This document shows, piece by piece, positions 38,420 to 52,429 of a stretch of DNA of 64,000 nt (its first letter is position 1; every line of letters starts with the position of its first letter). Made by a program: the position numbers and the translations under genes. The stretch is from Octopus vulgaris (lineage: Eukaryota): positions 78,678,001 to 78,742,000 of the forward strand of contig OX597823.1 of the NCBI GenBank assembly GCA_951406725.2. Reading direction: 5' to 3'. The notes below the pieces were generated by a model. That model had not been told where the DNA came from and made no database searches. It worked only from the letters and a program-made list of their open reading frames with translations.

Positions 38420-38813
38420 CTTTTACTCTTTTACTTGCTTCAGTCATTTGACTGCGGCCATGCTGGAGCACCGCCTTTAATCGAGCAACTCGACCCCAAG
38501 ACTCATTCTTTTGTAAGCCCAGTACTTATTCTATCGGTCTCTTTTGCCGAACCGCTAATTACACCAGCATCGGTTGTCAAGCAATGCTAGGGGGACAAAC
38601 ACACTCACACAAACATACACACGCATATATATATATGTATACATATATACGACGGGCTTCTTTCAGTTTCCGTCTACCAAATCCACTCACAAGGCTTTGG
38701 TCGGCCCGAGGCTATAGTAGAAGACACTTGCCCAAGGTGCCACGCAGTGGGACTGAACCCAGAACCATGTGGTTGGTAAACAAGCTACTTACCATACAGC
38801 CACTCCTGCGCCT
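38420..38813 (-). mobile_element. SINE family A
   Basis: Match to other copies. Confidence 0.9.
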
Positions 38814-38823
38814 ATATATATAT

Positions 38824-38908
<85 letters not shown>

Positions 38909-39696
38909 TTTTCCCATAAGTAATGTCCGGATTTTAAATAAGCAAAACAAGTGATCAAATCTTACATGTGTGTGTGTGTATGTGTATATATATATATATA
39001 TATAAATATTATATATATATATATATACCGACTTCTCAAAAAGCAGTAGACACCCTACATTATATCGTTTTATCTGAGCAGACACTACTTATCTACCAAC
39101 TGCTCCGAACTCGTCTATGTATTATGCACAAGTCATATCTACTACGCTCTAGATTAAGTATCTAAATCTATCAAGTGTCGTTATTTTGTTTCTAGAAATA
39201 AATATTAAAAAAAATGATGCCGTCTATTTACTTTGAAGGTGTCTATATACAAGCACGCACGCGCGCGCACACATACGCACGTACATACATTTGGATACAT
39301 ATAATCTCTCTCTCTCCCTTCATCTCTGGTTTTGTATAAATGTATGTGTATTATATAGGAAGGTTGCTTCCCAACTACAAGGTTCAGGGTTCAATCCTAC
39401 TGCGTGGCATCTTGGGCAAGCGTATTTTACTACAACCTCGGGACGACGAAAGCCTTGTGAGTGGAGTTGGTTGACGGAAACTGAAAAAAGCCCGTCGTAT
39501 ATGTATATGAGATCAAACCATGTTTGTAGGGTTTCTAAACTTCAAACAAAATAATCGATCTGAAAAAAACAACATATAATCAATTCCCGTACATTAAAGA
39601 ACATATACAACAAATATGGAGAAAAAATTATAATTAATAAATAAATTATAGGTATTTTAAAATAGGGGTTACTTTTCAACCACTCTGTGTGTATAA

Positions 39697-39747
<51 letters not shown>

Positions 39748-39776
39748 CGTGTGCGTGTGCGCGCGTGTGTGTGTGT

Positions 39777-40072
39777 GGAGGCGCAATGGCCCAGTGGTTA
39801 GGGCAGCGGACTCGCGGTCGTAGGATCACGGTTTCGATTCCCAGACCGGGTGTTGTGAGTGTTTATAGAGCGAAAACACCTAAAAGCTCCCTGAGGCTTC
39901 GGTAGAGGGTGATGGCGATCCCTGCTGTACTCTTTCGCGACAACTTTCTCTCTTTCTTCTGTTGGCCTGCTCGCTTAGCCAGCGGGGTGGCGTCATTTGA
40001 AGGCTAAAGAACAATGCGAAGCACATTGTGACCAGCGATGTGTAGCAACATCTGATAGCCTGGTCGGTCACA

Positions 40073-40122
<50 letters not shown>

Positions 40123-40277
40123 TGTGACCGACCAGGCTATCAGATGTTGCTACACATCGCTGGTCACAATGTGCTTCGCATTGTTCTTTAGCCTTCAAAT
40201 GACGCCACCCCGCTGGCTAAGCGAGCAGGCCAACAGAAGAAAGAGAGAAAGTTGTCGCGAAAGAGTACAGAGGATCG

Positions 40278-40281
<4 letters not shown>
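39777..40281 (+). mobile_element. SINE family B (tail type 2) with fold-back duplication of its 3' half about an (AT)22 tail
   Basis: Head at 39777; perfect palindrome 39925-40270. Confidence 0.9.
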
Positions 40282-40317
<36 letters not shown>

Positions 40318-41078
40318 TGTTTGGATATATTTGAGGTACTTAAATGTATGCATGACTTTGCATCCGCATTTTCTGTAGGTATATGTGAGTGATCCATTTA
40401 TTTCTAATTGTGTTTCTCGCTGAAGAAGAAAGAATCCTTGTGGATTAAATCCAGAAATCGGTCCGATTCGAAAATAGCGAATTAAAAAAAAAATTCTGCT
40501 GGCTTGCTTTCCTCGTTTCAGTGCGCTGTGTATTTTTAGTGAAAAATATTACATGTAGTTAGATGATTTAAGGTCTATTTTGCAGTATATTGCCATAGAA
40601 AATATTTTCTTTTGCCCTTATAACTGCTTATATTTTCACCTTGAAAGGCCACTGATAAAATTTGTTTTGAAAAATTGTATCCTTCTATTAGAAGAGTATA
40701 TAGATATATATATATTCATGTATAAATACATATATGCAAATGTAATATATGTATATGTGTATACATATATACATATGTATATATTTAGAGTAGAAAGATA
40801 CTGCAGGTATCTTCGCCAGACATATCTGGTATAATCTACGCGGTCACGTCAAATGAGGCATGTAAAATTAGATATCGTCCATAAATAAATATGGAAACAT
40901 TTGCGTTGCATGTGAAACTATACGCCATAATTTGTTGGTCTTCAAACTATTTTCTTTCGGTTATTTCGTCCCTTGTGGAGCCCCACGCACTCACATGTGT
41001 GTGTATACATATCTAAATATAAGCACGCATATTGTATATATAACTGATCGTATTAATGTATATTGCATCTCACTCTCT

Positions 41079-41114
<36 letters not shown>

Positions 41115-41313
41115 TTTATATACAAACCTGTTATTTTATGGATATTAATTTCCCCCCAAAATATAAGGTATTCAACCAGTATTTCCTTAGTTGACCCCAT
41201 CCCTTCAAAAGGCTAACATAACCTCTAATTGAATTATATGTAAATACGTACATGTATATATATATATAGATATATACAAACATAGATATGTGCATATATG
41301 CAAAAACACACAC

Positions 41314-41363
<50 letters not shown>

Positions 41364-41581
41364 GTATGCATGCATGTATGTATGCATATAGAGATAGATG
41401 GATAGATAGTCAGACAAACAAAGAGATACATTAAAAGAGAGATAGGCATACATACATATACACACGGACCCACACGCAGACAAACATACATGTGTACATG
41501 CATATTTGCATCCTGAGCATGCATAACTGTATATATTTATTTCGTGTGTATATATTTGTACATAATGCTTATATATATGTG

Positions 41582-41637
<56 letters not shown>

Positions 41638-41816
41638 ATACATATGTGCATGGTGGTAATGCCAGCAGTGGCTGCTAATTCCTGTAAGAGATGTCGAGGC
41701 GCCTTCTTCAGACAACGTGTCTTGGGCATTTTAAGCATGTGGAATAAATCCCTCTCTAGTCAGACTACAGCCGTAATATCTAATACACACATACATACGC
41801 GCGCGCGCACAGAAAG

Positions 41817-41848
<32 letters not shown>

Positions 41849-41998
41849 AGAGCGGAAGAAAGGGAGACAGAGAAACGGAAAAGCGAAAGTAAGGGATAGA
41901 CAAAAATTGTTTATTTGCACATTCACACACACACGGCTACGTACGCCTGCACAGGCATAATATACAACACACACACACACACGCACACACACACACAC

Positions 41999-42034
<36 letters not shown>

Positions 42035-42123
42035 CACGATAAACACCGACATGCACCAAGACGCACGCGCGCACATATACACACATATTCATCAACGTGC
42101 ACGAACGTACAAATATAATATAT

Positions 42124-42710
42124 ATTTCTTTACTGCCCACAAGGGGCTAAACATAGAGGGGACAAAAAAGGACAAAGGTATTAAGTCGATTACATCGACC
42201 CCAGTACGAAACTGATACTTATTTGATCGACCCCGAAAGGATGAAAGGCAAAGTCGACCTCGTGGAATTTGAACTCAGAACGTAACGGTAGACGAAATAC
42301 CTATTTCTTTATTACCCACAAGGGGCTAAACACAGAGAGGACAAACAAGGACAAACAAACGGATTAAATCGATTATATCGACCCCAGTGCGTAACTGGTA
42401 CTTTATTTATCGACCCCGAAAGGATGAAAGGCACAGTCGACCTCGGCGGAATTTGAACTCAGAACGTAACGGTAGACGAAATACCTATTTCTTTATTACC
42501 CACAAGGGGCTAAACACAGAGAGGACAAACAAGGACAGACAGACGGATTAAGTCGATTACATCAACTCCAGTGCGTAACTGGTACTTATTTTATCGACCC
42601 CAAAAGGATGAAAGGCAAAGTCGACCTCGGCGGAATTTGAACACAGAACGTAACGGCAGACGAAATACCGCTAAGCATTTCGCCCGGCGCGCTAACGATT
42701 CTGCCAGCTC
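42124..42710 (-). mobile_element. SINE family C trimer
   Basis: One head (42710) and three ~180-bp body units. Confidence 0.88.
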
Positions 42711-42798
42711 GATATAGAAATATACATACACACGCTCACACACTACTGTGGGGCGCGTTTACATACAAGTTGGACAAAAATGAGTGAAAGTAAGAGTG

Positions 42799-42896
<98 letters not shown>

Positions 42897-43155
42897 GATG
42901 AGAATTATTTTCTATCACACATTACTAAATGAAGAAAATTATTGAATTAAAAATAAATCTTCGTTTAAAAATGAGACTTATTACACCAGCTAATTTGATT
43001 ATTTTCCAGAAAATTTAAAAAGTATTTCTGTGTCTGTTTAACTGTATAGCGTTTGTAAACAACACACGCGCCAGCAACAAGAGCATCAACAACAAATCTA
43101 ACACAAACAACTACAAAAATAATGTGTAAATTATAATTAGCATATACACACACAG

Positions 43156-43440
43156 TGGAGGCGCAATGGCTCAGTGGTTAGGGCAGCGGACTCGCGGTCG
43201 TAGGATCGTGGTTTCAATTCCCAGACCGGGCATTGTGTGTGTTTATTGAACAAAAACACCTAAAGCTCCACGAGGCTCCAGCAGGGGGTGATGGGGTCCC
43301 CTGTTGTACTCTTTCGCCCCTTTCTCTCACTCTCTCTTCCTGTTTCTTGAGTAATGCTGCGATGGACTGGCGTCCCGTTCAGCTGGGGGGAACACATACG
43401 CTACAGAAACCTGGCAAGGCTTGAAAAGGGCGCATAATAA
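43156..43440 (+). mobile_element. SINE family B (tail type 3)
   Basis: Same head; tail with GCGATGGACTGGCGTCCCGT(T/C)CAG; second copy at 53066-53373 (minus, TSD TCATTAGATA). Confidence 0.88.
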
Positions 43441-43779
43441 GAGAAATTTGCTTATAGCCAAGACAAGTAGGCTTTCTTATAACAATAAGAACAATATTAG
43501 AATCATTTGCATCATTAAAAAGTCTATGTATAAATAGATCATTGATCAAAGTACAAGGTAAAAATTGTCTTGTCGCTGTAGGTCAGTGTGTGTGTGTGTG
43601 TTTTGGGTGTATGTCTCTGTAACTGTGACTGTTTGTCCCTCACCACCGCTTGACAACCGATGTTGACCAAGAAATTAAGTACTGGAGTTGATTCGTTCGA
43701 GTAAAATTCTTCAAGGCAGTGCCCCAGCATGGTCGCAATGTAATGACTGAAGCAAATAAAAGAGAGTAGCATCTTCTAT

Positions 43780-44129
43780 TAGTAGCCAAATGTGACGTCT
43801 CTTCCTTGCGCCTTCTCATTACGCCTTTGTTACACCTTTCTTGAAAGTCTCAACGTTTGGTTTACTGTGTCTAGTTTATGATGTATTCTGATTCAAAAAT
43901 CTTTATTTTCGATCCAGATCTTAGATCAGAATGATTTTAGATCTTTCTGAGGAAGAACCCTTTTAAAAATTATTTTACTTTGTATATTTTAGTTTTCCTT
44001 TCATCCTCCCGTAAACAGCATGTGAATTTACAAGTAAACTTGTAATTTGGATGCATATAAATATGTATACATGTTTGCATATGTAGGCATGCGCCTACAA
44101 ACATACGGTGAGAAAGAAAGTCAATGAAT

Positions 44130-44168
<39 letters not shown>

Positions 44169-44410
44169 TGGGGTAAAGAGAAGATATAAGTTGCCTGTGG
44201 CAAAGCAGCAATTCGATAGATGCAATGATATTTTATCAATCTTTGAAGAGCACCTCAAGTAGCAGCGTATGTAAATATTGTTAGACTGAACGTCTTTGTA
44301 AACCAATCAGTTTGAAAGATGAGAAGAATTGTTTATGTTAAGCTCGAAAGTTTGGTCCAGTGCTAAGAGCAGGAAACCTGCCGACAGAATAGTTTTTTTT
44401 TCTTGTTTGT
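43780..44410 (-). pseudogene. Probable decayed nAChR-like receptor copy
   Basis: KNYSVGRFP, KDVQSNNIYIRCYL, PNYKFTC, QRRNEKAQGEDVTF (loop C/beta10-like). Confidence 0.45.
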
Positions 44411-44639
44411 TCTCGTATTGTTTTTTTTATTTCTTTTTATTCATATTTTATTGTTATTTTCTCTGTTTTGAATCTGTTGGAGTAAATGATAGTATTCCTT
44501 CCTATTATACGTGTAAATCCACCCGTCTTTCTGTATGTATGTATATTTCTATATATATACACACACACGAATATATATATGTATACATACACACGCGCGC
44601 ACACACACATATACATATATATATATATTTATAAAAGTA

Positions 44640-44671
<32 letters not shown>

Positions 44672-45414
44672 AATGTACGCATATATAGACATGTAAATAT
44701 ATGTATGTATATACATATATATATATATATGTGTGTGTGTGTGTCTGTCATTTTTTCTCGCCCCTCCTTAATTCTTCTGTCCCTCTGCCTCTACTTCTCT
44801 CTCTCTTCTTTTCCCACGTGACCGGCGTTCGGCCAAGCCTGTTCTTTCTTTCTTAGTCTTCCCGTTGTCCGTGCAACATCAATATTCCTCCCTGTGCTTG
44901 TGAAATCTTGTATCCCTGCTGTAAGGCTTCATTTCCACACACGCCAGCTTAATTTAATTCGTCCTTAGTCGAAAGACACCTATTGTTATGTCCCGTTATT
45001 ATTTTTATTGTATTTGGGTATCATCCGTTTTTTCCGTCCTTGTTTTTGTATACATTCGCTGCTTTCTTCCAAGGAATCTAATGCTCTTAGTTTAGTTTTT
45101 CCTTGGGGCTGGCCAGATTGGAGCAACCTCAAGTATAATCAGTCGAAATTGCGAGGATAATCTTGGTGCTTGACTGAGGAAAGAAAACTTCGAATGACCC
45201 GTCCTTGTTTTCTTTGTATTGTCTATCTGGATGTTTTGTTGTCTCCTTTTTGTATCACCTAACTGTCCGGATGTTTTGCATTCTTGTCCCATTTTGTATT
45301 ATATATATATATACATACACAGACACACACACACACACACACACTCTCTCTCTCTCTCTCTCTCTCATACACACACACGCACTCACACACACACACATAC
45401 ACATATATATAAAA

Positions 45415-45750
45415 TAGAATTCTGTAGAAAATTAAGGCACAAAGAAGCATTAACCAATTACAATACTGAAGATGACTCACTAGTCAAAAACAAAAGTGAA
45501 AACATCCCCCACAAAGGAAGAAATAAAATTCTTGATGAATTCTGTAACCACATCGAGAACTTTTCCTACCACACTATGCATAAACAGACAATTAACTTAA
45601 ACTTTAGCACTACACAATGGAAGGAACTAACAGAACTTAAAAAGATATAACGAATAAGGAAGCAGATAAAGGGAGCAGATAAAAAAAGTGCAGTTATAAT
45701 AATGGACACATTATACTAGAGGAATCTTGTTATCTCCATTCTGAATGAGT
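45415..45750 (+). mobile_element. Penelope-like RT N-terminal relic
   Basis: EFCRKLR..E..LNFS..QWKEL.EL..IKGADKKSAVIIMD..Y. Confidence 0.7.
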
Positions 45751-46699
45751 CTACTCAGCTTACAAAAATGAGTTGTACCTGTTAATCAAAGGGCCAGCTT
45801 TGTCACATTCTGTGTCATCTTAAACTCCCAGAGAACTGTGTGAAGGGGAGGTTACTGTGGAGAGCTCAGACACTTGCATGTTAATTTCAAGCTGTTTCGT
45901 TGATTGGATCAACAGGAACCCTTGCCATTGTAACCGACGAAGTGCCAATTTTTAAAGCGATATGGCTATATCCCTCAAATAACCAGCTATATTAAATAGA
46001 GTAAGGGAGGATAATGGTGACTGTCTGAGACCAGGTCGTTAGAGTGGACACAGGAATTGTGGTAACTTTGGTTTCGCGTATTTCAGTACCTTTAAATTTA
46101 GACACTGCTTTGGTAGTGTCGTTAAAGCGTAATTATTCTGACATCTTACGTTCTGAGTTCAGATCCTGTCGAAGGTGTTTGACTGGCAGAAACCGTCGGA
46201 GAGAATAATTCGCGGCATTTGTTCTGGATTTTGCGTTCTGATTACAAAACTACCTGGGCTAACTTGGGTACTATACTTAACCCGATGTCCTGTCCGCATC
46301 AGCACCATGTCCTCGAGGGCCTTCAGAGGAGTGCTGTCTGTTACAAGCATTTAGGTCAGATCTTTAGTTGAATGATAATTTCCTCCCATCTTCCCACCCG
46401 TATTGGAGCCACTGTAGAGGGTTATGAGTATTCTTCTCCCTCCTGAAAAAGAAGCAACAATTGAAGCCTCTTCTGGTTTGCAACTCCACTGATTTTTAAA
46501 GTTGTATCCTCGCATAGTACGTATTTAAAGATCTAACCAATGAGGAAGCTTCTAAGTGGTCATCTCACTTGCAAGTAGCTAGTATTCCTTCGTACGCCAC
46601 CGGCTTGAAAAAGGATACAGTGAATAATATCGTCTTAGATGTACTATACCTGAATGAAGGACGAAATGTCAAAGGCTGAAAGGATTTTATTCATTAGTC

Positions 46700-47760
46700 T
46701 GCTTGTTCAGATGTAGGATAACAGCAACGACGATAATATATTTAAAGAGAAGTGGATTGAGTTAGTAAATGAAAATTTTAGCCCTACCCTAATTAGAGTG
46801 TCGGTTCGAGGAGAGAAAATGTAGCGCTCATAATCCCCTTTAGAGCCTTCGTGATTAGTGTGACGAAAGGAAGAGGTTATACATAGGTAGTAGATTTGGC
46901 TACAAACAAACTGGGGTCTGATAACTGCAACCAAGAAATACGTGGTGGTGTGGAAAATTTATGAACTCTACCGCCCATAAATAATAATGGTTCTTTCGAT
47001 GAACTTCAGCATATTACGTTTGCTAAATTTGTAGTAGATTCGGCTACAAACAAACTAGACTCTGCTAAATGCAACCAAGAAATATATGGTGGTGTGTTAA
47101 AAGTGGAAAATTTATGAACTCTACCGCCCACAAATAATAATGGTTCTTTCGATGAACTTCAGCATATTACGTCTACTAAATTTGTAGTAGATTCGGCTAC
47201 AAACAAACTGGGGTCTGATAAATGCAACCAAGAAATACGTGGTGGTGTGTTAAAACTGGAAAATTTATGAACTCTACCTCCTACAAATAATAATGGTTCT
47301 TTCGGTGAACTTCAGCATATTACGTCTACTAAATTTCACTCAGAATATATTGCTCCTCCCGTATTCAGAAGACATTAAGACATGGGGAGTGAGCTGTAAC
47401 TTGAAATCAAATAGTTAAGAAACTAACTTCTTTAACTCATAGCCTTGTTTACACCCGAACTTAGAACTGTTCAGTCAAAAAGACGTTACATTATTTATAG
47501 CACTTTTCTTTTTGGTTCAGTCCGAAAGGTGAATCTCATGAACTTGGTAATCTCAAACTGACAAGTTTGTTGTGTGTATCACCGAAAACTTGCTTTGCTG
47601 ATTATAAAATGTACAGTTTGCTTAAGGGAATTGCATACCTCGCTTGTTACGAAACCTTGTGCACCAAAACCAATTTAAATCTGACATATTGACATTCAGC
47701 TACAGTTTAATCATATATCATCAGTACAGAGTTACTTTGCAAAGATGCTGATATTGCTAG
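46700..47760 (-). pseudogene. Decayed nAChR-like receptor copy with internal tandem triplication
   Basis: SFR*YTQQTCQFEITKFMRFTFR (aligns with FRTKGLLNCLFEVDKVLRISFK at 14.8 kb), GYELKKL, FQF*HTTTYFLVAFIRPQFVCS (M1), SLNILSSLLL (M3-like); possible N-terminus at ~49330-49530. Confidence 0.6.
46887..47336. repeat. Tandem repeat, 3 units (144, 153, 153 bp)
   Basis: Units start GTAGTAGATT at 46887, 47031 and 47184. Confidence 0.95.
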
Positions 47761-48235
47761 GTAAAAAATATATATAAGGACAGAGCATATGCATTAGACG
47801 AAACAGAATATCGGTATTTTGCAATTTCATAAATGAATTTAATGCATCTGGTAAAGCAAACGTACACCGAATGCAATTCACAAAACAGCACACATTAGGT
47901 TTGACATAAAACTAATTTTAATATGTTCTTTTATGGTTTGTAGATAATGTCAAAGTAATGACAAAGACGAGCTATTCACTAGAAGTACGTGACCCCCAAA
48001 ACAAACCAAAACCAAAGAAAGAAAGAAAGAAAGAAACGAAGAAAGAAAGAAAGAGAGAGAAAGAGAGAAAGAAAGAAAGAAACGAACGAAGGAAGGAAGG
48101 AAGAAAGAATGAGAGAAAGACAGAAAGAAAGGAAAGAAGAAAGAAAGAAAGAGAGATAAAGAAAGAAACGAAGGAAGGAAGGAAGAAAGAATAAGAAAAA
48201 GAAAGAAAGGAACGAAGAAAGAAAGAGAGAGAGAC

Positions 48236-48270
<35 letters not shown>

Positions 48271-48521
48271 AAAACCAGAAATATATATTGATCTCAAAAA
48301 CATTTATTGGTTTATGCATTTGTTTTCTACGTAAATATAGGGCGCAGGCATGACCATGCAGTTTAGAAACTCGGTTTTCAACCACGTAGTTGCGAGTTCA
48401 GTTCCACGGCTTGGTACCTTCAGCAAGTGTCTTCTACCACAGCACCGACCCGTTTTATACCTTCTGAATGAATTGAACAAATGGCGATTGTGTGGAAGCC
48501 CGTCGTGCGTATACCTATCTA

Positions 48522-48648
<127 letters not shown>

Positions 48649-48756
48649 GGATGGATAGATATGCGCGTGTATCTTTATGCTTGTATCCCATCACCGCTTC
48701 ATAACCAGTGTGAGGTTGTTTATGTCCCCATAACTTAACGATTTAGAAAAAGAGAA

Positions 48757-49170
48757 CAGGCGCAGGAGTGGCTGTGTGGTAAGTAGCTTGCTTACCAACC
48801 ACATGGTTTCGAGTTCAGTCCCACTGCGTGGAATCTTGGGCAGGTGTCTTCTACTATAGCCTCGGACCGACCAAAGCCTTGTGAGTGGATTTGGTAGACG
48901 GAAACTAAAAGAAGCCTGTCGTATATATGTATATATATGTATGTGTATGTTTGTGTGTCTGTGTTTGCCCCCCCCCCCAGCATCGCTTGACAACCGATGC
49001 TGGTGTGTTTACGTCCCCGTAACTTAGCGGTTCGGCAAAAGTGACCGATAGAATAAGTACTAGGCTTACAAAGAATAAGTCCCGGGGGTCGATTCGCTCG
49101 ACGAAGGGCGGTGCTTCAGCATGGCCGCAGTCAAATGACTGGAACAAGTAAAAGACTAAAAGAGTAAAAG
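48757..49170 (+). mobile_element. SINE family A
   Basis: Full-length match. Confidence 0.9.
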
Positions 49171-49611
49171 AGATAAATACCAAACTTAAAACAAAAAGCA
49201 AAATAAGAAAAACTAAGCCCTGCCCTCGATTTGTTCGGCTAAACCCTTCATGGCGTTGCTCCAGCATAACTGAAGCTAATAAACGATATGAAACCATATA
49301 TTATAATCTAATGTACGGTGAGTAATTCAATGTTTGTCCATATTAAAAAAACAAAAAACAAACGTATTTATGCAGAAAACCCCAAATATATTAATATATT
49401 TGACTCACAAAGCATTAACTGTGTTAGCTTCCATTAGATATGTTAGCCCTCAAGAATTAATTATTTGTGCAGAAGTCACTCCAGGGAAACTACTCTATAT
49501 CATTACTTTTAAATAACCTAATTAGTGAATGTCTTTTAATACACGCCCACATATATTTGAACAGAAGCACAGACACACACACGGACACATGCAGCGTGTG
49601 AGAATTTGTTC

Positions 49612-49663
<52 letters not shown>

Positions 49664-49910
49664 GAAAACATACACATACATTTAGGCTATTACATACATG
49701 TATGCATGTATATAAATGCATGTAGAGTGACTGATGAGATTTTATACGATTCATGAAATCTTTTGATTTCTGTAATTTAAAGTTTGTTTTTATACACTTT
49801 GAACATTATCTTTGGTTTGTAGTCAATAGCTTTTGATACACATATATACATTTATATGCACATGCATAAACCCACACATATGTATGTATATGTATATATC
49901 TATATGCACC

Positions 49911-49955
<45 letters not shown>

Positions 49956-49969
49956 CATAGATATATGTA

Positions 49970-50017
<48 letters not shown>

Positions 50018-50143
50018 TACATATATGTGTATACATATATATATGAGTATACATATATATATATATGTATGTCTTTATATGTATAAGCATTATATATGTG
50101 TGTATATCTCTCTCTACCTCTCTCCTTCTCTCTCCCTCTCTGA

Positions 50144-50179
<36 letters not shown>

Positions 50180-50579
50180 AAGGAGAGAGAGAGAGAGAGA
50201 GAGAGAGAGTGAGAGAGAGAAATCCAAATAAACAAATATAACTGCTAGGGTTTGATATACAAGCATGTATATATGTAAATAGAGAGAAAGCATAGACTGA
50301 AAACTCTTCAGGGAGTGAATATTCAAGAATTGATATATAGATATTTATATTCATTAATAGAGGAAATTTATACACAATACAAAGACACGCAAAAAGAAAG
50401 GGAAGAAGGTATGTGATACAAGCCCGACAGCCGTTTCTGGAGACTCAGAATTACTTCTTAATATTGGCAGATGTGGTTCACCAAAATATGCATCCAGTAA
50501 TGAATGCAAATAAACGTTGGATAAAAACCTGTCATAAATATATGTATGCATGTATGTATGCGTATGTATGCATATTATT

Positions 50580-51060
50580 ATTCAGTTTATTTCAAGATTT
50601 CTTGCCAATAGGGAAAAAACCGGTTTCTAACCAAGATCCAAGGCTCCTTTATTGTAATTTCAACATAACAGGGTATTTTTGTTTGTTTGTTTGTATGTAT
50701 GTATGTATGCTTGCATGCATGTATGTATGCATGTATGTATGTTTCTCATGCATATATTTGCATATCTAGACATGCTCATATACATTTAAATGAAAAAACT
50801 TCTGGAAAGTTCTACAGATTCTTACAGTTTCAGTGATTGATTGAATCTATAGTCTTCGAATTATCTTTCTCCTTTCTGGTTTTGAGAAGCCTAATTTCTC
50901 AAGATTGGTATTTAGGCAGCGTGTTACATAATCCAAGGACCCCAATAATTACAAGTATAAACCTGAACTTGTAATCTGAATAGAGTAACTGTAGATTTCT
51001 CAATAGTTCAGCGTAGGGGTTCTCTTTTTCACCGATCTTCAGCTTTATGTTCACATCCGC
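50580..51060 (-). mobile_element. R4/Dong-like LINE 3' end (restriction-like endonuclease C-terminus + UTR)
   Basis: ADVNIKLKIGEKENPYAELLRNLQLLY..YKFRFI.VIIGVLG; ends in TAA repeats. Confidence 0.7.
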
Positions 51061-51145
51061 TGTATGTATGTATGTATGTATGTATGTATGTATGTATGTA
51101 TGTATGTATGTATGTATGTATGTATGTATGTATGATTGGATGGAT

Positions 51146-51377
51146 AAGGCGGCGAGCTGGCAGAATCGTTAGCACGCCGGGCGAAATGCTTATCGGTATT
51201 TCGTCTGCCGCTACGTTTTGAGTTCAAATTCCGCCGAGGTCGACTTTGCCTTTCATCCTTTTGGGGTCGATTAAATAAGTACCAGTTACGTACTGGGGTC
51301 GATATAATCGACTTAATCTGTTTGTCTGTCATTGTTTGTCCTCTCTGTGTTTAGCCCCTTGTGGGTAGTAAAGAAAG
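51146..51377 (+). mobile_element. SINE family C monomer (another at 52743-52978, minus)
   Basis: Match to other copies. Confidence 0.88.
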
Positions 51378-51707
51378 AGATTGGATGGATGGGTGGATGT
51401 ATTTATGCATGCATGTATGTATGTATGTATGATTGGATGGATGGGTGGATGTATTTATGCATGCATGTATGTATGCATGAATGTATGTATTAGAAGAATA
51501 CCATTATAAAAATGAAACCCCTAAAGATAGCACAATAGAACAAATCAATCATTGAAGTCCAAAGGAGGCAGAAACAAAATGGATGTGGAGACCCTTTTAG
51601 ACATGTCACTATTCGTGAATTTTTGAAGGGACTTGATGCATCAGACTCATTAGAAGAACTGCTCTTTTACCGTCTTTTACCGTTCGCTTTCGATAAAATC
51701 CACTCCT

Positions 51708-51839
51708 AGGCGTAGGAGTTGCTGTGAGGTAAGTAGCTTGCTTACCAACCACCCTGGGCAAATGTCTTCTACTATAGCCTCGGGTCGAGCGAAGCCTTGT
51801 GAGTGGAATTTAGTAGACGGAAACTGAAAGAAGCCCATC

Positions 51840-51895
<56 letters not shown>

Positions 51896-52103
51896 TTGTA
51901 TGTCTATGTTTGTCCCCCCATCATCGCTTGATAACCGATGCTGGTGTGTATACCTCCCCGTAACTTAGCGGTTCGGCAAAAAGACCGATAGAATAAGTAC
52001 TAGGCTTACAAAGAATAAGTCCTGGGGTCGACTTGATTCGACTAAAGGTGGTGCTCCAGCATGGCCGCAGTCAAATGACTGAAACAAGTAAAAGAGAATA
52101 AAG
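51708..52103 (+). mobile_element. SINE family A (another at 53756-54155)
   Basis: Match to other copies. Confidence 0.88.
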
Positions 52104-52429
52104 AGTTCTATACACCGGATCTCATAGATGCTCTCTATTCCAGTTAATATATTATGCTCCATTGATTTGTTTCACTGTCCTATGTATTTACTTTTAGTTG
52201 ATACGACGATGAACAGAAAACATACGTTATTGTTGTTATTGACAGGGAAAACAGTTTGGTCACAAAACTATGTACTACCGTCAACAGCGCTACAAAGCAG
52301 CACAAGTAACAAAAGGACACAAACTATTTCATCCGCCTCTGTGTCGATTCTGGTAATCTGTCACTCTGAAAAGAAAAAGAATAACTTAAGTTTCTTAAAA
52401 AGACAGTTAAAGACGTAATTTTTCCTCAT

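Larger units (their letters stand above)
50360..52368 (-). pseudogene. Decayed nAChR-like receptor copy split by SINEs and a LINE
   Basis: Acceptor TTCTTTTTCTTTTCAG at ~52368, signal-peptide-like VCVLLLLVLLCSAVDG, VFPVNNN, EHNILTG, KRVSTSILFLPP, M4-like VSHTFFPFFLRVFVL at ~50400. Confidence 0.5.

Noticed and set aside
46887-47336. CRISPR-like array
   Set aside because: The units are full-length tandem copies without unique spacers, in a eukaryotic context with no cas genes
49725-49770. CTGATGA followed by a hairpin
   Set aside because: No GAAA after the stem and no stem I partner
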